From NCBI GenBank assembly GCA_946965045.2, contig OX337231.1, positions 1,984,001 to 2,048,000 of the forward strand: 64,000 bases of DNA, written 5' to 3'. This DNA comes from Epithemia pelagica (Eukaryota > Protista > Bacillariophyta). Made by a program: the position numbers and the translations under genes. Of this stretch, positions 10,914-22,430 are shown in pieces. The notes beneath the pieces are model-generated. The model made no database searches. It was not told where the DNA came from and saw nothing but the letters and a program-made list of their open reading frames with translations. Position 1 is the stretch's first letter. The number at the start of each line of letters is the position of its first letter.

Positions 10914-12545
10914 TTAACTCTGAGAAAGAGAGTGCACAAACGAGCTCTCGGTCACCAACTTTTCCCAATCGGTCAGTTCCTGCAGTATCAAATCTTTGTT
11001 TCTCTTGAGGTCCGAACAACAAGGTAATAATTGTTCAACCATTAAGGTACGTTGATGATCTACCGTGTACCGCAAAGTAGAGACAACAAACTCACAACGA
11101 AACAAAGGGATTTCGTCGGCCAAGGCTTTGGCAACTCGCGGTTGATCAAAGCCAAGCTGAACTCGACTGACAACCTTGCCAAATTGACTTGGAGTCATCT
11201 GTTGCCACACTTGACTCCAGTCCGAGTCTCTAATTTTTCTTTCAATCATATCCAAATGAGAAACCGTGCCTTTCATTTCTCTCAACAAGACATCAAAAGT
11301 GGGTACTTCTGCAGATGGCGGAACGTTCACATCCGATTCAATTTCTTCCACAGGAGCCGATGCCACAGGAAGGACACTGGAACTCGGAATTTGAATTACA
11401 GGATAAATATCAGAATCAGGGACAACAATTGCCGGAGCTTGGACAATTCCCGGCGCACAGGGAGGAGGAGGTGTGTACACTTCATGTCCTTGTGAGGAGG
11501 GTTGTCCAATCCAGATTGGGATATAGAGGGAAGGATTCGAGATGCAACATCCAGTTTTTACCTCGACTTCGATCCTGTGGCTAACCGTTATCAGGTGTCC
11601 CGTGTAGGTATCTAGCACATTTGGTGGAATGATGAGTGTTCCTGGATGCGATCCATCGTTAATTTCACGGAACATGTCATGGATTTCATCCTGAATCAAC
11701 ATCGCATAGGACGAAGCTCTTGAGCGACGTTGGATATTACCCAATACGCTTGGGAATTCCACTGTAACAACATTCTTCTTGCATGTTTTAGATCGTCCAG
11801 AAGCCCGCCACTTTATTTCCTGACGCAATCTGGCTTCGATGCGATTGATATCGGAAGTCGAATAGTTCCGACAAGACAACGAAACAAAGCATTGCGATCC
11901 CGGAGAAAGTCGTGTATCTTCAACTTTTCCACCAAGCGATATACTTCCTTCATTGAAGCAACAGCAAAAATTCACGCGTTCATTCACAGGAGATGCAACA
12001 TGAGGAGACGGAGGAAGCTCGTCCATGGGCTTGGATAGGACATGGATCGGAATAGATTTATTGTAGTTCCACAACACCCCTGACCCTTTGAGAACCGCCT
12101 CTAGCTCATACGATATCATGCATTGGGATCCACAAGACGAGTGAAACTCCATGGATCCCGGAATATACTTCGGAATCTCGACCTCAAACGGAATCTGGTA
12201 CTGGCCGGGTAGTACGTTCCCTGTGTTGTCAATGAAAGAATTTTCTCCAAATGCTCCGGAACCAACTGGAAGATTTACATCAATGAGACATCTCTTTGAA
12301 CTCTCCGTAAGATTTAGTGTCCTCGTTCCGAGATCATCGCGGTCATTATCTCGATCGTCCTCGTCCGTCTCTTGGTAGACAATCTCCGTGTGTTCATGCC
12401 CTCGAAACCTTAGCTCCAGACTATTGGCTCGCACACTTCCTCGTTCGATAGACAGCAGGACATAACCCTTCATCCACGACCCTGCTTGGACATGGAAACT
12501 TCCTTTTTGCTGCTGGAGCACAATTTCGATCGTTGCTTGTCCCAT
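10914..12545 (-). CDS. Arrestin-domain (alpha-arrestin-like) protein
   Basis: LELRFRGHEHT, PGQYQIPFEVEIP..PGS, ISYELEA, ITVSHRIEV match Arrestin_N and Arrestin_C patterns. 543 aa. Confidence 0.8.
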   Translation of the reverse strand: MGQATIEIVLQQQKGSFHVQAGSWMKGYVLLSIERGSVRANSLELRFRGHEHTEIVYQETDEDDRDNDRDDLGTRTLNLTESSKRCLIDVNLPVGSGAFGENSFIDNTGNVLPGQYQIPFEVEIPKYIPGSMEFHSSCGSQCMISYELEAVLKGSGVLWNYNKSIPIHVLSKPMDELPPSPHVASPVNERVNFCCCFNEGSISLGGKVEDTRLSPGSQCFVSLSCRNYSTSDINRIEARLRQEIKWRASGRSKTCKKNVVTVEFPSVLGNIQRRSRASSYAMLIQDEIHDMFREINDGSHPGTLIIPPNVLDTYTGHLITVSHRIEVEVKTGCCISNPSLYIPIWIGQPSSQGHEVYTPPPPCAPGIVQAPAIVVPDSDIYPVIQIPSSSVLPVASAPVEEIESDVNVPPSAEVPTFDVLLREMKGTVSHLDMIERKIRDSDWSQVWQQMTPSQFGKVVSRVQLGFDQPRVAKALADEIPLFRCEFVVSTLRYTVDHQRTLMVEQLLPCCSDLKRNKDLILQELTDWEKLVTESSFVHSLSQS

Positions 12546-13077
12546 GGTGAATCAGCGAGCTTATTCTGCTCTTGTTGGAATCTTTTGTGGTACCTTTCTT
12601 TGCCAAATCGTGGGGGGGAAGGAGCAAAAAAGGGGATGAACACCCCAAACCCCAAACTCTGGTCGTCATCGATTCTCCCCCCCCCAAACCCAAGACCCAA
12701 CAAAACCATAACCCTACTAGAGTAGAGACTGTCAAGTCGACCATCTCTGCTCTATCGATTCTCTTGATGACCCCGGCATCTGGAATGTGAGAGAGAACGA
12801 CTTGACAATATAAGAAGACAAGGACCTAAATAGTCGACACCACAATCAGAAACAACAAGGAACAAAGTTTGATTTTTCTCGGGGGGACTGAACCATCTCG
12901 CTATCTTTTTCTCGTTTCTGTAGTCTTACACCCTCATGACTCGTGTTGTTGTGGTGGCGCTATCAGTCATTTGACATCTTGGTTGTTGGTTATTTTTCTG
13001 CCGGTAAACACAAAAATCATAACTTTTCCGAGGACAAGGATCTTCGACGAGGGAAGAACTCCTTGTCAGAAGCAGCG

Positions 13078-14556
13078 ATGCCTGAACGATTTGTTGCCCC
13101 GATGACAACAAGGAGTTGCCGCCGATGTCGTTTGTCGTCGTCCTACTATTTCATGGGTCTGGCCACAACCTTGGTACTGGGTATTTATCTTTCGACTTCA
13201 GTTAAATTATGGGTCGTGTGGAGGCACCAGTTGCCTCTGTTGGAGTCGGCATCATCATCATCATCATCGCTTGCGTCCTTGATGCAGAAACAAGAAAATC
13301 TTCGTCCTTTGACGAAGAAGCCCACTCTTCAACACAAGGAGAACCATGATCGTCTACAAGAAAGTGCTGACATGACGAGAACAGGAAACGGTGCGGAGGT
13401 GCCAGATGACGAGTCGTCGTCATATTATTTGGATTCGCCATGGCAAAATGCCAGTGACTATCGGTATCGTCGCCAAACCTTGACAGGCGGCGGCGCCTTT
13501 GTCCACTTGGGCAAAACGGGTGGCAGTTCCTTGTCGGTATTGCTTCGTAATGGCTGCCATTCCTGGTTACCCCATCCCTGTCGTACTGCTATTGTCAACG
13601 AATCAGCCGCCAGTCATTGGATTGTGTCCTATTATCATGTCGCCGATATGGGTTTGTTACCACGATCACAACATGCAACCTACGTTATTTCGATTCGTGA
13701 TCCACTTCTACGCACACTATCAGCCTTACAGTATCATCATGCCCTTAATGTCCAAGCCCGAAACGAATGGGATACCATTCACCACAAATATCGACGACGA
13801 TATCAGACGGTTTGTCAAACATGTTTTCCGACACTGGAACACTTTGTCCGACACTTGGGGGATGACATTGATAAGAGCAATGACGTGAGTTTGGATTTTA
13901 CCTATCCCTTCGGAAAAAACGAAATGGAATTTCAACCTCCCCGCTCGTCTTGTACCGATTTTGTCCGTGCCCTTTTTCATGGCCGCGTCCGTCCCTTTAT
14001 ACACTTATACTTTAATTATCAACGCCTCCTAGAACTGTTGCCGTCACCGCAACAAGAAACCACCACCGCACTGTCGTCGTCCTCAGATGTGGTCTGGTTG
14101 GTGACGCGTCTGGAACATTTGTGGGAGGATTGGAAGGTCGTCAATCACTTTGTGGAAGAACACTATCCAGCAGTAACAACACAACAAGCTTACGATTCAT
14201 TTAGACAACAAGAAGACGATCCACAGGCTGCAACGGTCCATCATCATCATCATCATTCCAATCCGGACGAGAATCAAAATGACACAACGGCAGAGAACAA
14301 TGGCATTCACATTCGCAATACAGCACACTTGAACTTGCCAGTATCGCGAACGTTGTCGCCCTCGGCTCAAGCAATCTTGTGTCGAGCATTACAATCCGAA
14401 TACAATGCCTATTTTCAAATCCTCGGACAGGCACAAAATATCAATCGCGCAGATTTGATCCAAGCCTTGGTTACGGCACGACAAGCGTGTCCGCATGTGA
14501 CGGTAGATTTACAATTCTTGGCCCAGGCCGCGAAACACAAGCAAAACAAAGGTTAA
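13078..14556 (+). CDS. Type II membrane sulfotransferase-family protein
   Basis: 5'-PSB-like FVHLGKTGGSSL and 3'-PB-like RDPLLRTLS. N-terminal TM anchor. First ATG at 13078 (track start is GTG). Confidence 0.72.
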   Translation: MPERFVAPMTTRSCRRCRLSSSYYFMGLATTLVLGIYLSTSVKLWVVWRHQLPLLESASSSSSSLASLMQKQENLRPLTKKPTLQHKENHDRLQESADMTRTGNGAEVPDDESSSYYLDSPWQNASDYRYRRQTLTGGGAFVHLGKTGGSSLSVLLRNGCHSWLPHPCRTAIVNESAASHWIVSYYHVADMGLLPRSQHATYVISIRDPLLRTLSALQYHHALNVQARNEWDTIHHKYRRRYQTVCQTCFPTLEHFVRHLGDDIDKSNDVSLDFTYPFGKNEMEFQPPRSSCTDFVRALFHGRVRPFIHLYFNYQRLLELLPSPQQETTTALSSSSDVVWLVTRLEHLWEDWKVVNHFVEEHYPAVTTQQAYDSFRQQEDDPQAATVHHHHHHSNPDENQNDTTAENNGIHIRNTAHLNLPVSRTLSPSAQAILCRALQSEYNAYFQILGQAQNINRADLIQALVTARQACPHVTVDLQFLAQAAKHKQNKG

Positions 14557-15133
14557 TGTCATGAGAACGGCAGGAACAAAATGACGAAAGAGACTGCATG
14601 GGAATGGAAAAAGGTGGTTGCTATACCTTTTCCCATTCAAAAACAGAAGTTACATGATTGGATGCAACAGTCGTCTACTCTTTCCTGGCAAGTTACCATT
14701 GGGATACTCATGGCAGAAGAACGGCAGAGAAGTGGAACTTTCTCTGTCCATTCACCCATGTTTGGTTTAGATGAAATGTCAGTTGTGTAAAAAGAGGCAG
14801 TGCGCTTGGTAGGATTCTAGGTTATGATGTCATGCCCTGAAATGGACGATGTAAGTTTTCTAGGTAGATACATGGGCTGAAGAAGCAGAGACCACCACTT
14901 TTCTGTCATGAACTTGCAATACCAAGAAACATGTAATTTTCATAGGAATATGTAGAGTAGGTAGCTCTTTGCAGGATTAAATCGACCCGGAGGTGGTACA
15001 GGCTGCCATGCTATTCATTGATGATGATGTCATTCATGAATCAGTCTCTCCCTACACTTTTTTACGAACGTCAACTTCCAAACTTGCTTTCGACTCATTC
15101 ATTCCCACAATAATCGATCAAGTGAAAAGAACC

Positions 15134-15832
15134 ATGAGAAACATACGAAGAACAATCCTATTCGTGGCCTTAGCCGCTCTCATTTCCATCGAAGAGCGAA
15201 GACACATGGGTGGACTATTCACAAGTGTTGAGGCTTTCGTAGTACAGCCATTTCGCGGTCGTCATCAAAGACCCGTCTTCGCCGAAACATCAACGGATCT
15301 ACCTGACATCGTTGACATGAAAGCTGGGCAAATGCGAAAAGAACTTGAATCGTACGGGATATCTACAAAGTCTTTCCTGGAGAAAAGTGAATTGATGGAA
15401 GCCGTGAAAAAGGCACGAGCAGAAGGAAAGACTCCAGTCAACGGAAGTGGAACGTCATCTTCGCCGTCGACGTCGACGACCACTCCCAAAAAGGAGCCTG
15501 TCAATGGAGAAACACAAGATTCATCGCAATCACGAACTGAAAAGATTGAAAAAGAAATGGAAAAGGCCAGGGGAATGAGTGTCGCAGATTTGAGAAAAGA
15601 GCTGACTAGCCGTGGAGTCTCGACCAAGTCGTTTTTTGAAAAGAGTGAATTTGTCAAGGCCTACGCAGAAGCTGTCGTAGACGGAACGAAAACGCAACAA
15701 TCCAGCCCTCCCAAAGAAGAGGAAGTGTTTGATCCAGCGTACCTAGATGTGACAGTGCAGAAGATGGGCCGACAGGACCAGCAACGATTGTTGCAGGGTG
15801 GTCGCGTCATCGATATCAAGTTGAAGAAGTAA
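15134..15832 (+). CDS. Hypothetical protein with signal/transit peptide and two short helical (SAP/LEM-like) repeats
   Basis: Repeats MRKELESYGISTKSFLEKSELMEA and LRKELTSRGVSTKSFFEKSEFVKA. Hydrophobic N-terminus followed by EAF. Confidence 0.6.
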   Translation: MRNIRRTILFVALAALISIEERRHMGGLFTSVEAFVVQPFRGRHQRPVFAETSTDLPDIVDMKAGQMRKELESYGISTKSFLEKSELMEAVKKARAEGKTPVNGSGTSSSPSTSTTTPKKEPVNGETQDSSQSRTEKIEKEMEKARGMSVADLRKELTSRGVSTKSFFEKSEFVKAYAEAVVDGTKTQQSSPPKEEEVFDPAYLDVTVQKMGRQDQQRLLQGGRVIDIKLKK

Positions 15833-15972
15833 CTCGGGTCAGCGTAACGACCCCTCCGTTATGATGGCGTGCCCTGTACACTAGTGAATATGAGAGAAAA
15901 GTATAACTTAAATTGATTTGTTGGTGAAACCATCCATGACATGGCTTGACGCATGTATGTGTTCAAGTTTGG

Positions 15973-17022
15973 TTACCGAAAGGCGATGACCATGGCTCGT
16001 AGTTCACAGTTACTGTAATCCGCACGGAGGCTGGCGGCGAAATCGTCGTCTCCCATATACCTAACCACAGGGACATTTTCTTTGACATCTTCTGCTCGTT
16101 TATCGAGAACCTGTTGGACATTAGTGGAATAACCAATTCCAAAGTTCCACAAAACTCGAGAAAAGGCTCGATGAGAACACAAACAAATGTGATTCTCGGG
16201 ACGTGCTGCCAAGAAATCGACAAAGAAAGACCGAGCCCGTTGTGCCACCACGTGGACTTCTGCCGATTCTCGGTGTGCTGTATAGTCGGTGTCCGAACCA
16301 AGAGATGATTCGTATCGATGCCAGATTGAATCGTGCTCATCGTCGACAAAGGAGAAGTCCACCATGTCACCGAACTCCTTCTCGAGTTCAGACACACTTC
16401 TCCGTCGATCACAGTTGTAGTTGACAGTTTCTCGAATACCATCATGCGCCACAACAGGAGGAACAGACGGTTTGTCATCACCCAATACAGGTTCCAGCGA
16501 CATGAGGGCTGTCTGCATGCATCTCGTCAACGGTGATGTTACTACAAGTTCGACGTTCTCGCGCAATTGTGATAGGGCAAGATCCTCGTCCTGACTCGCT
16601 AGACGGATTCTGTCGGCGAGCTCACGGCATTGGGCCTGTCCTTTTTCTGTCAAGCGAGCATCAAAGTTGACAATGTCTTGATATTGCATGTTCACATTAT
16701 GGGTTCCTTCTGCATGGCGAATATAGTATATGGTCTTGACAGCAGAGTAGTCTTTGGACAAGGCAGAGAGATCTGACTCCAAGGGATAAATGTCGACGGT
16801 ATGCCGGGGGGAAGATTCGGCATTCGATGACGGAATATTTTCAGAGTTGGTGGAAGTGCTGCTCAGTCGTGCCACCATTTTGGACGAGAGCGACGAGAAA
16901 GATGGCGAAAGCCTGCAATGATTTGAAAAGATATTCCTCACAGCCGAACTATCGCAGAGTGCACAAGACGACAATCTAGCTTGTAAAGCAGCTGCACAGA
17001 AGACGAATGCTTGGTTTCTCAT
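15973..17022 (-). CDS. Histidine phosphatase / phosphoglycerate mutase-like protein
   Basis: YYIRHAEGTHN, DARLTEKG, VTSPLTRCMQTA, CDRRRS, CSH motifs. Confidence 0.85.
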   Translation of the reverse strand: MRNQAFVFCAAALQARLSSCALCDSSAVRNIFSNHCRLSPSFSSLSSKMVARLSSTSTNSENIPSSNAESSPRHTVDIYPLESDLSALSKDYSAVKTIYYIRHAEGTHNVNMQYQDIVNFDARLTEKGQAQCRELADRIRLASQDEDLALSQLRENVELVVTSPLTRCMQTALMSLEPVLGDDKPSVPPVVAHDGIRETVNYNCDRRRSVSELEKEFGDMVDFSFVDDEHDSIWHRYESSLGSDTDYTAHRESAEVHVVAQRARSFFVDFLAARPENHICLCSHRAFSRVLWNFGIGYSTNVQQVLDKRAEDVKENVPVVRYMGDDDFAASLRADYSNCELRAMVIAFR

Positions 17023-17300
17023 GGCATTACGAGTGCTATTGCACCCCAGCTCAAGAAAAAAACTGACGACACAGGAGAAGCCAATGAACGGGACTAACTG
17101 CTCTGAATCACGGACAAAATTCAGCTAAGTTAAAAGAGGGGTAGATCGTTTCATCGAGGGGCAATCTTCTGAAAATCTGCTACTAATTAGGGGCCACCCC
17201 TACATTAGTTTCATCATGGTTGCTGCCCGTTCGATGGGATGGTCGGTTGTCGATGCCGACGGATGAAACTGTAACCTGTAGAACTCTATTGGGGTATAGG

Positions 17301-19154
17301 ATGGTATTTGTTCGGATCTCAACGGCATCCACCGTCGCGGCGCTGTTGCTCTTCCATCTGACTGGGGCTGGGGCAGAATCACCGCATATTCCAACGCAAG
17401 GTCGACGTCAACGTAGACGATATCTATCCGGGGGACGACGAGGGGAAGCGGCTCTACTCGCATCGAACAGACCCCATCATTTCATTACTCCGGAATTTGC
17501 CATTTCAGATGACTTTCTCAAAGCTTTGGTTCCAGGGGAGCAAATCGAAAGAGACAAAGAGCCCCCAGCAGATGGTGATGGCGAGGAGGGGATTTCGGAC
17601 GAAGAAGAAATAAGGTTGTTAGATGGTATGGACGCGTCGTGGAAGGACTCTTTCTTCAAATCGATGAGACCAGCTGTACCAGAAGCTACGTCTGAAGAAG
17701 CGTCTTCTCCTGCAAAGGATGACACTACAACTACAGAAGTCCCTTCCACCTCTTCTGAGTTAGAAAGTCAACCACAATCTACCGATGCTGGTACGAATCA
17801 GACGAGTTTGAACCCAATTCGCACAAGGAAAATAGTCAAGCTATCTAGCGCCAATGCAACAAAACCAGCTTTAGAAGGAACATCTACACATGCAACAGAC
17901 AAGCGCTCTCGAATGGCTTCTTTCGCGAGCGCTATCACTGCAGTAATTCGTGAAGTGCGTCCTATCTTTCGATTCAGCGGTGCAAAACCATCGACTGTAA
18001 AGATTCAAGTTAGTTCGGATGAATCGGGCACCCCATCTCAAGTTGGATCACAGTCTGCAGATTGGCGACAAAGCTCGTTGTGGAGAGAATTCTATGAAAC
18101 TCAATTCACTAGCTCAAGAACCCACATCGATGACAACTTGGCTGAGGCTGTTGTGGATCCCAAATCGCTGTTTTTCGTCACCGGGGCGGTTGCAAAAGCA
18201 GTGACATCGTTGTCGTTGGCTTTTTCAGGAACTTTAATGTTGTTGCCTCCAATGATTTTTGCAAGACGAGTCTTGGCCTACCTTGCATATGGCATGTCGG
18301 ATTGGTACACCGGCAGGTACCTTCGAACCACGTACCGTCAACTGGAGAGCCAATATTGGAGATACTACCAAATCCCTGCGACGTTGCGATCCGTTGCGAG
18401 ATCATTGATTCTTTGGATGACCATGTGGACCATTGGACATAGTCTCGAGGTACTCCTCTATGACCTGTGCTCGGTTGAATCAGGAGGTTGCAAAGTGTGG
18501 TGTGCAATGATATGGATAGCTGCCGTAGTTGGTGTTGGAGAAATATTTGGGCGATACATTGGAAAATGTGAAACGCCTTTGATGATTCAAATATCACCTT
18601 GTGAAAAGAGGGAACGAAGAGTCCCACCCCATCGCCAATTCTTCCGTCCTCGTTTCTTACTGAAACTACTCCGAGATCCAGACTCTCTCATTCGTGACAT
18701 TGCGTCAAAAGAAGACGCGTTACGGCCGTTCGACCCAAATCCGTTGCTCTTTCCATCGACGTGGCAATTCTTTAGATTCCTACAGATGATTGCCGTAGCG
18801 AAAGAAATGGCTGTGAGCAGCGACGCAATGCATTCCATGATGCGTCAGGTGCTGATCCAGGAGGTCTTGCGAGAGGAATGGTATCGAGTTCTCATGCTCG
18901 AAAAACGCGTTGCATTGGGGATTGCAGTTGTAACACTCTATGGGCTGTCCACTTTGGCTCTATTTTTCACAGTTGGGGAAGTGAGTGGACCGTCTGTTAT
19001 TTTTATTTTGCCTTCTTTGCTCGGTGCTCTGGTGTCTGGATGGATGAACGTTTTTGTGTACTTTGAAAGAAGAGCGAAAAACTCAACAAGAAAGTCTGAT
19101 AACAAAGGTGTTAACGATAGAGTTCATCGAAGAAACGTTAAAAGGATTGAATGA
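17301..19154 (+). CDS. Hypothetical membrane protein (signal peptide, several C-terminal TM helices)
   Basis: Long open frame with hydrophobic segments. No family recognised. Confidence 0.6.
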   Translation: MVFVRISTASTVAALLLFHLTGAGAESPHIPTQGRRQRRRYLSGGRRGEAALLASNRPHHFITPEFAISDDFLKALVPGEQIERDKEPPADGDGEEGISDEEEIRLLDGMDASWKDSFFKSMRPAVPEATSEEASSPAKDDTTTTEVPSTSSELESQPQSTDAGTNQTSLNPIRTRKIVKLSSANATKPALEGTSTHATDKRSRMASFASAITAVIREVRPIFRFSGAKPSTVKIQVSSDESGTPSQVGSQSADWRQSSLWREFYETQFTSSRTHIDDNLAEAVVDPKSLFFVTGAVAKAVTSLSLAFSGTLMLLPPMIFARRVLAYLAYGMSDWYTGRYLRTTYRQLESQYWRYYQIPATLRSVARSLILWMTMWTIGHSLEVLLYDLCSVESGGCKVWCAMIWIAAVVGVGEIFGRYIGKCETPLMIQISPCEKRERRVPPHRQFFRPRFLLKLLRDPDSLIRDIASKEDALRPFDPNPLLFPSTWQFFRFLQMIAVAKEMAVSSDAMHSMMRQVLIQEVLREEWYRVLMLEKRVALGIAVVTLYGLSTLALFFTVGEVSGPSVIFILPSLLGALVSGWMNVFVYFERRAKNSTRKSDNKGVNDRVHRRNVKRIE

Positions 19155-19155
19155 T

Positions 19156-20649
19156 TCAATCATACTTCACTTTTTTGTTCCGATAAATGTACAACAACGC
19201 AAAAATCGGTGTGAGAAACGGTGCCATACCAATCGCTGCTCCGAAAACTGCGGCGCTAACAGTTCCAAAGAGCTTAACGGGTGCAGGCATTGGTCCTTGA
19301 TTGGGGAGACAAATCCAATCGTCTTCTTTTGGGACATTACTGTGCCTGTTGATGGTATCAAAGCGACGCTGGAAGTCCCCTGATTGGAGTTTCCCAGTTG
19401 GTTTCGAAGCCGTCGAGAGCGTGTCAAAGTCCCAACGCATGCTCAATAGAGGAGGTTGCCCAATGTCAGGTCCAAGAATTCGAATGGTCACTTGTTCTGC
19501 CTCCCAATCAAATTCAAACTCGCCAAAATTCAATCCCAGACTGTATTGGGTTCGTCGTTTGGCTCCTTCGAACCTTGGCCCAGTGTAATCAATGAGATCT
19601 CTCCATCCGTGATTAATGTGTGCCAAGTGCATGGCTATGGAAGACACCCACTGCAGGTAGGGTGATCTGCAAGCAATGGAATTCGCCACAAACGGGCAAT
19701 TTACCGTGCCCCACGAGTGTGTCATTCCACTAGAAGTGACTTCCACCAGAGACCGAAGTGGTCCGTCTACGTCATTGGGACGTTTGCAGTCACGCCTAAG
19801 GAACTCCGCCATGTGAACATCTCCGGAAACAAGAATGGGCGCTTTCACATGGGACTGCAACAGATTTTGATAGAGGCGGTGTTGCGACATTGGAAAACCA
19901 CCCCAATCTTCAATGATGTTACCGTCAAACCATCTATCATGATGAACTTGAAGTCCGTTCACAATTATATTTACGCGAGCAGTGGATCTCCCCAAAGCTC
20001 CCTCAAACCATTGCCATTGCTCCTCTCCTAAGAAATCACCTCCAAAGTCTCCATCATAGTTCTGAAATCCAGGTGACCACGGAGTTTTATTGTATCGAAC
20101 GTCAAGCAGAAAGATTGCAACAGACTTGTCAGAGAGGTTCGGTTGTGCGTTTGACGCCGACACAACGTCGGGGTCAAGGCCGGCTTCTTCGTCTGAAAGC
20201 AGAGGCTCATCTTTTGTAAAATCGAATACAACAACTCCATACACTCCCTTGCCTTCTCTTGCACGCTTGGCCATGAGCGTCCATTGAATGTGGGAGGACC
20301 GTTCCAGAAAGTCCACAAAGAAACCAGCAGATTCTTTCTTGTGGGGGTACTCTCTGTCGCCATTATTCAATCCGTAGTCGTGATCATCCCAAACGCCCAC
20401 TACTGTTATATTTTGCTCCAAGAACTGTTGATAGCCTTTGTTTTTGAGCTGATCTTGATAGGATTTCTCGAGAATCTCGGGCGTGGCGGCAATTTCTTTG
20501 CCATGAATCTTCCGATCGGAATAGACAGCATCACCACCCCAAATCCAGGCTGTGGCATTTCTGGAAATTATCGCTGGCCATAATGGCTGGTCCCTATGTT
20601 GACTGTTGCAGGAGCCAAATACGATACGAGGACGATCCTTGTCCTCCAT
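19156..20649 (-). CDS. PhoD-like alkaline phosphatase (metallophosphoesterase); 5' end uncertain
   Basis: FGSCN, WGGDAVYSD, WDDHDYG, LLDVRY, LGEEQWQWF, SGDVH motifs. C-terminal TM helix. Confidence 0.88.
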   Translation of the reverse strand: MEDKDRPRIVFGSCNSQHRDQPLWPAIISRNATAWIWGGDAVYSDRKIHGKEIAATPEILEKSYQDQLKNKGYQQFLEQNITVVGVWDDHDYGLNNGDREYPHKKESAGFFVDFLERSSHIQWTLMAKRAREGKGVYGVVVFDFTKDEPLLSDEEAGLDPDVVSASNAQPNLSDKSVAIFLLDVRYNKTPWSPGFQNYDGDFGGDFLGEEQWQWFEGALGRSTARVNIIVNGLQVHHDRWFDGNIIEDWGGFPMSQHRLYQNLLQSHVKAPILVSGDVHMAEFLRRDCKRPNDVDGPLRSLVEVTSSGMTHSWGTVNCPFVANSIACRSPYLQWVSSIAMHLAHINHGWRDLIDYTGPRFEGAKRRTQYSLGLNFGEFEFDWEAEQVTIRILGPDIGQPPLLSMRWDFDTLSTASKPTGKLQSGDFQRRFDTINRHSNVPKEDDWICLPNQGPMPAPVKLFGTVSAAVFGAAIGMAPFLTPIFALLYIYRNKKVKYD

Positions 20650-20877
20650 CTTGGTCGATGGCCTCGGCGCACCTGTTTTGTGGAGATTCGTTGAATGGAA
20701 AATAAATGCGGCGATTCAGACCGATACTCCTCATCGCTCGCCATTTCTCTTTCCATCCGTTTTGTGTATGGTCAGTTCGTTGTCAGTTGTCATTTTCCTG
20801 ACATGTCAACAGCAACTTTCAGTGGTCCCCATTCTCCTTCTCCCTGAAGCAAGGACGGAGGAGTTTATGCTCAAGCC

Positions 20878-22390
20878 ATGCCGAGGGGTGGTACAATGGG
20901 AGATGTTCGGGAGACAGAAGGCTTGATCAGTCGATCCAAGCCGGCGATGGGACGAAGAATCAAAGGAAAACCTCGAAGTCGGACGTTTGCGATCGGGAAC
21001 TGGACGTTCCGTTGTTTACACACTCGTGTTTGGGATGTTGTTTTGGATGGAGTCCAGTCATTTTTTGAGGGAGTTGTTCTCCTGTTGGGGCCTGTTTTGA
21101 TCATGCTTGCTCTGGGTATCACAACGATGCTCTCCTACACTTTCTTTGACATTTTGGTTCCAATGATGCTTGAGAAACATCAAGATTGGAACTTTAAATG
21201 GAGTTGGATTGGAGTTCATGGCACTTGGGTTGTCTTTTTGCTCATCAATATTCTATTCAACTATTTCATGTGCGTTGTCACGCGGAACTCGGGTCCCAAA
21301 TACGATCGTGTGGTCCGAGAAATGGCTGCCGTGACGGGCTTTCGGTTTCCCGAGACACAAGCAGAGGTCGATGAATATCGGCTGGAGTATGAGGATCGAA
21401 TGTCATTGCGGGTACGCCGTCGAAGGGAACGAGAAATAGAAAGACGGGAGGGACAGCATGCGTCTTCAAACAACGGCCTTGTGCCATCTACTGTTTCCGA
21501 CGAGGACAGCAAGGATGTGTCGCTGAATGCGTCGACGACAGACTCAGGATCCTCAGTGACTCATCGGAAGCAATCTCAACCTAGTCAAAACCCGGGGGAA
21601 GCTCAGAAAGCAGCACCAACGCCGTCAACAACCGTTCGTCGATGGATGTTGATGGGACCATTCGAATGGGGGTTTTGCCACAACTCAAAGCAACCCAAAC
21701 CACCACGGTCACACTACGACCATGTGACCAAACGATTGGTTCTAAATCTGGACCACTAGTAAGTACAACTTGTGATGAAAGAGCATCATGTATTGCATTT
21801 CCTCTCATCTTGTTCTGAAAAGCTGTCCATGGATGTTTAACTCGATTGGATATTTCAACTACAGATATTTTGTCAATTTTTTAATGTATGTGTTCCTGGC
21901 CATGTTTTATGGTGCCATATTGACGCTCGAACCCTTTCTGCTGTTGCAGTCAGGTGAGTTTTCGAGCTTCAGCAGAGAGGAACGGGTAGCGAGACATCAC
22001 CTGCCAAGACCAGGTCCCATGTTCCCTCATAGAAATGAGAAAATGCTAATTTCATTGGCGTTTATGATATGTGCTGCAATTGGCTTTGCCATCCTCATAC
22101 TGGGTGGCTTCCATATTTTCCTTGTGTTGACGGCGCAAACAACAATCGAGTTCCACGGCAATTGGAGTAAGTGGCGCAGACTTGGGAACAAGTATCGAAA
22201 TCCCTACAGTGAAGGTTACCGGAAGAACTGGCGGAGAGTGTACGGCGATCTACCGTGGTTCTTGTCTATTCTACCAAGTGCACGGGAGCCACAATATCTG
22301 CCGTTTCCATATCCAGGCCATGATACTCGCAGGTCGGCTTCTGGGCTAAAGAAAGAAAGCTCGGAAGTCGTTCCTGGGGATAATGTGTAA
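20878..22390 (+). CDS. DHHC-family palmitoyltransferase with DHYC variant motif; 2 exons
   Basis: KPPRSHYDHVTKRLVLNLDH, intron 21759-21822, then (Y)CPWMFNSIGYFNYRYF and QTTIE. The split codon TA|C gives DHYC. Confidence 0.88.
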
Positions 22391-22430
22391 AGGCATAGTT
22401 CATTCTTATACTCTATGAAGGTTCGTGATT

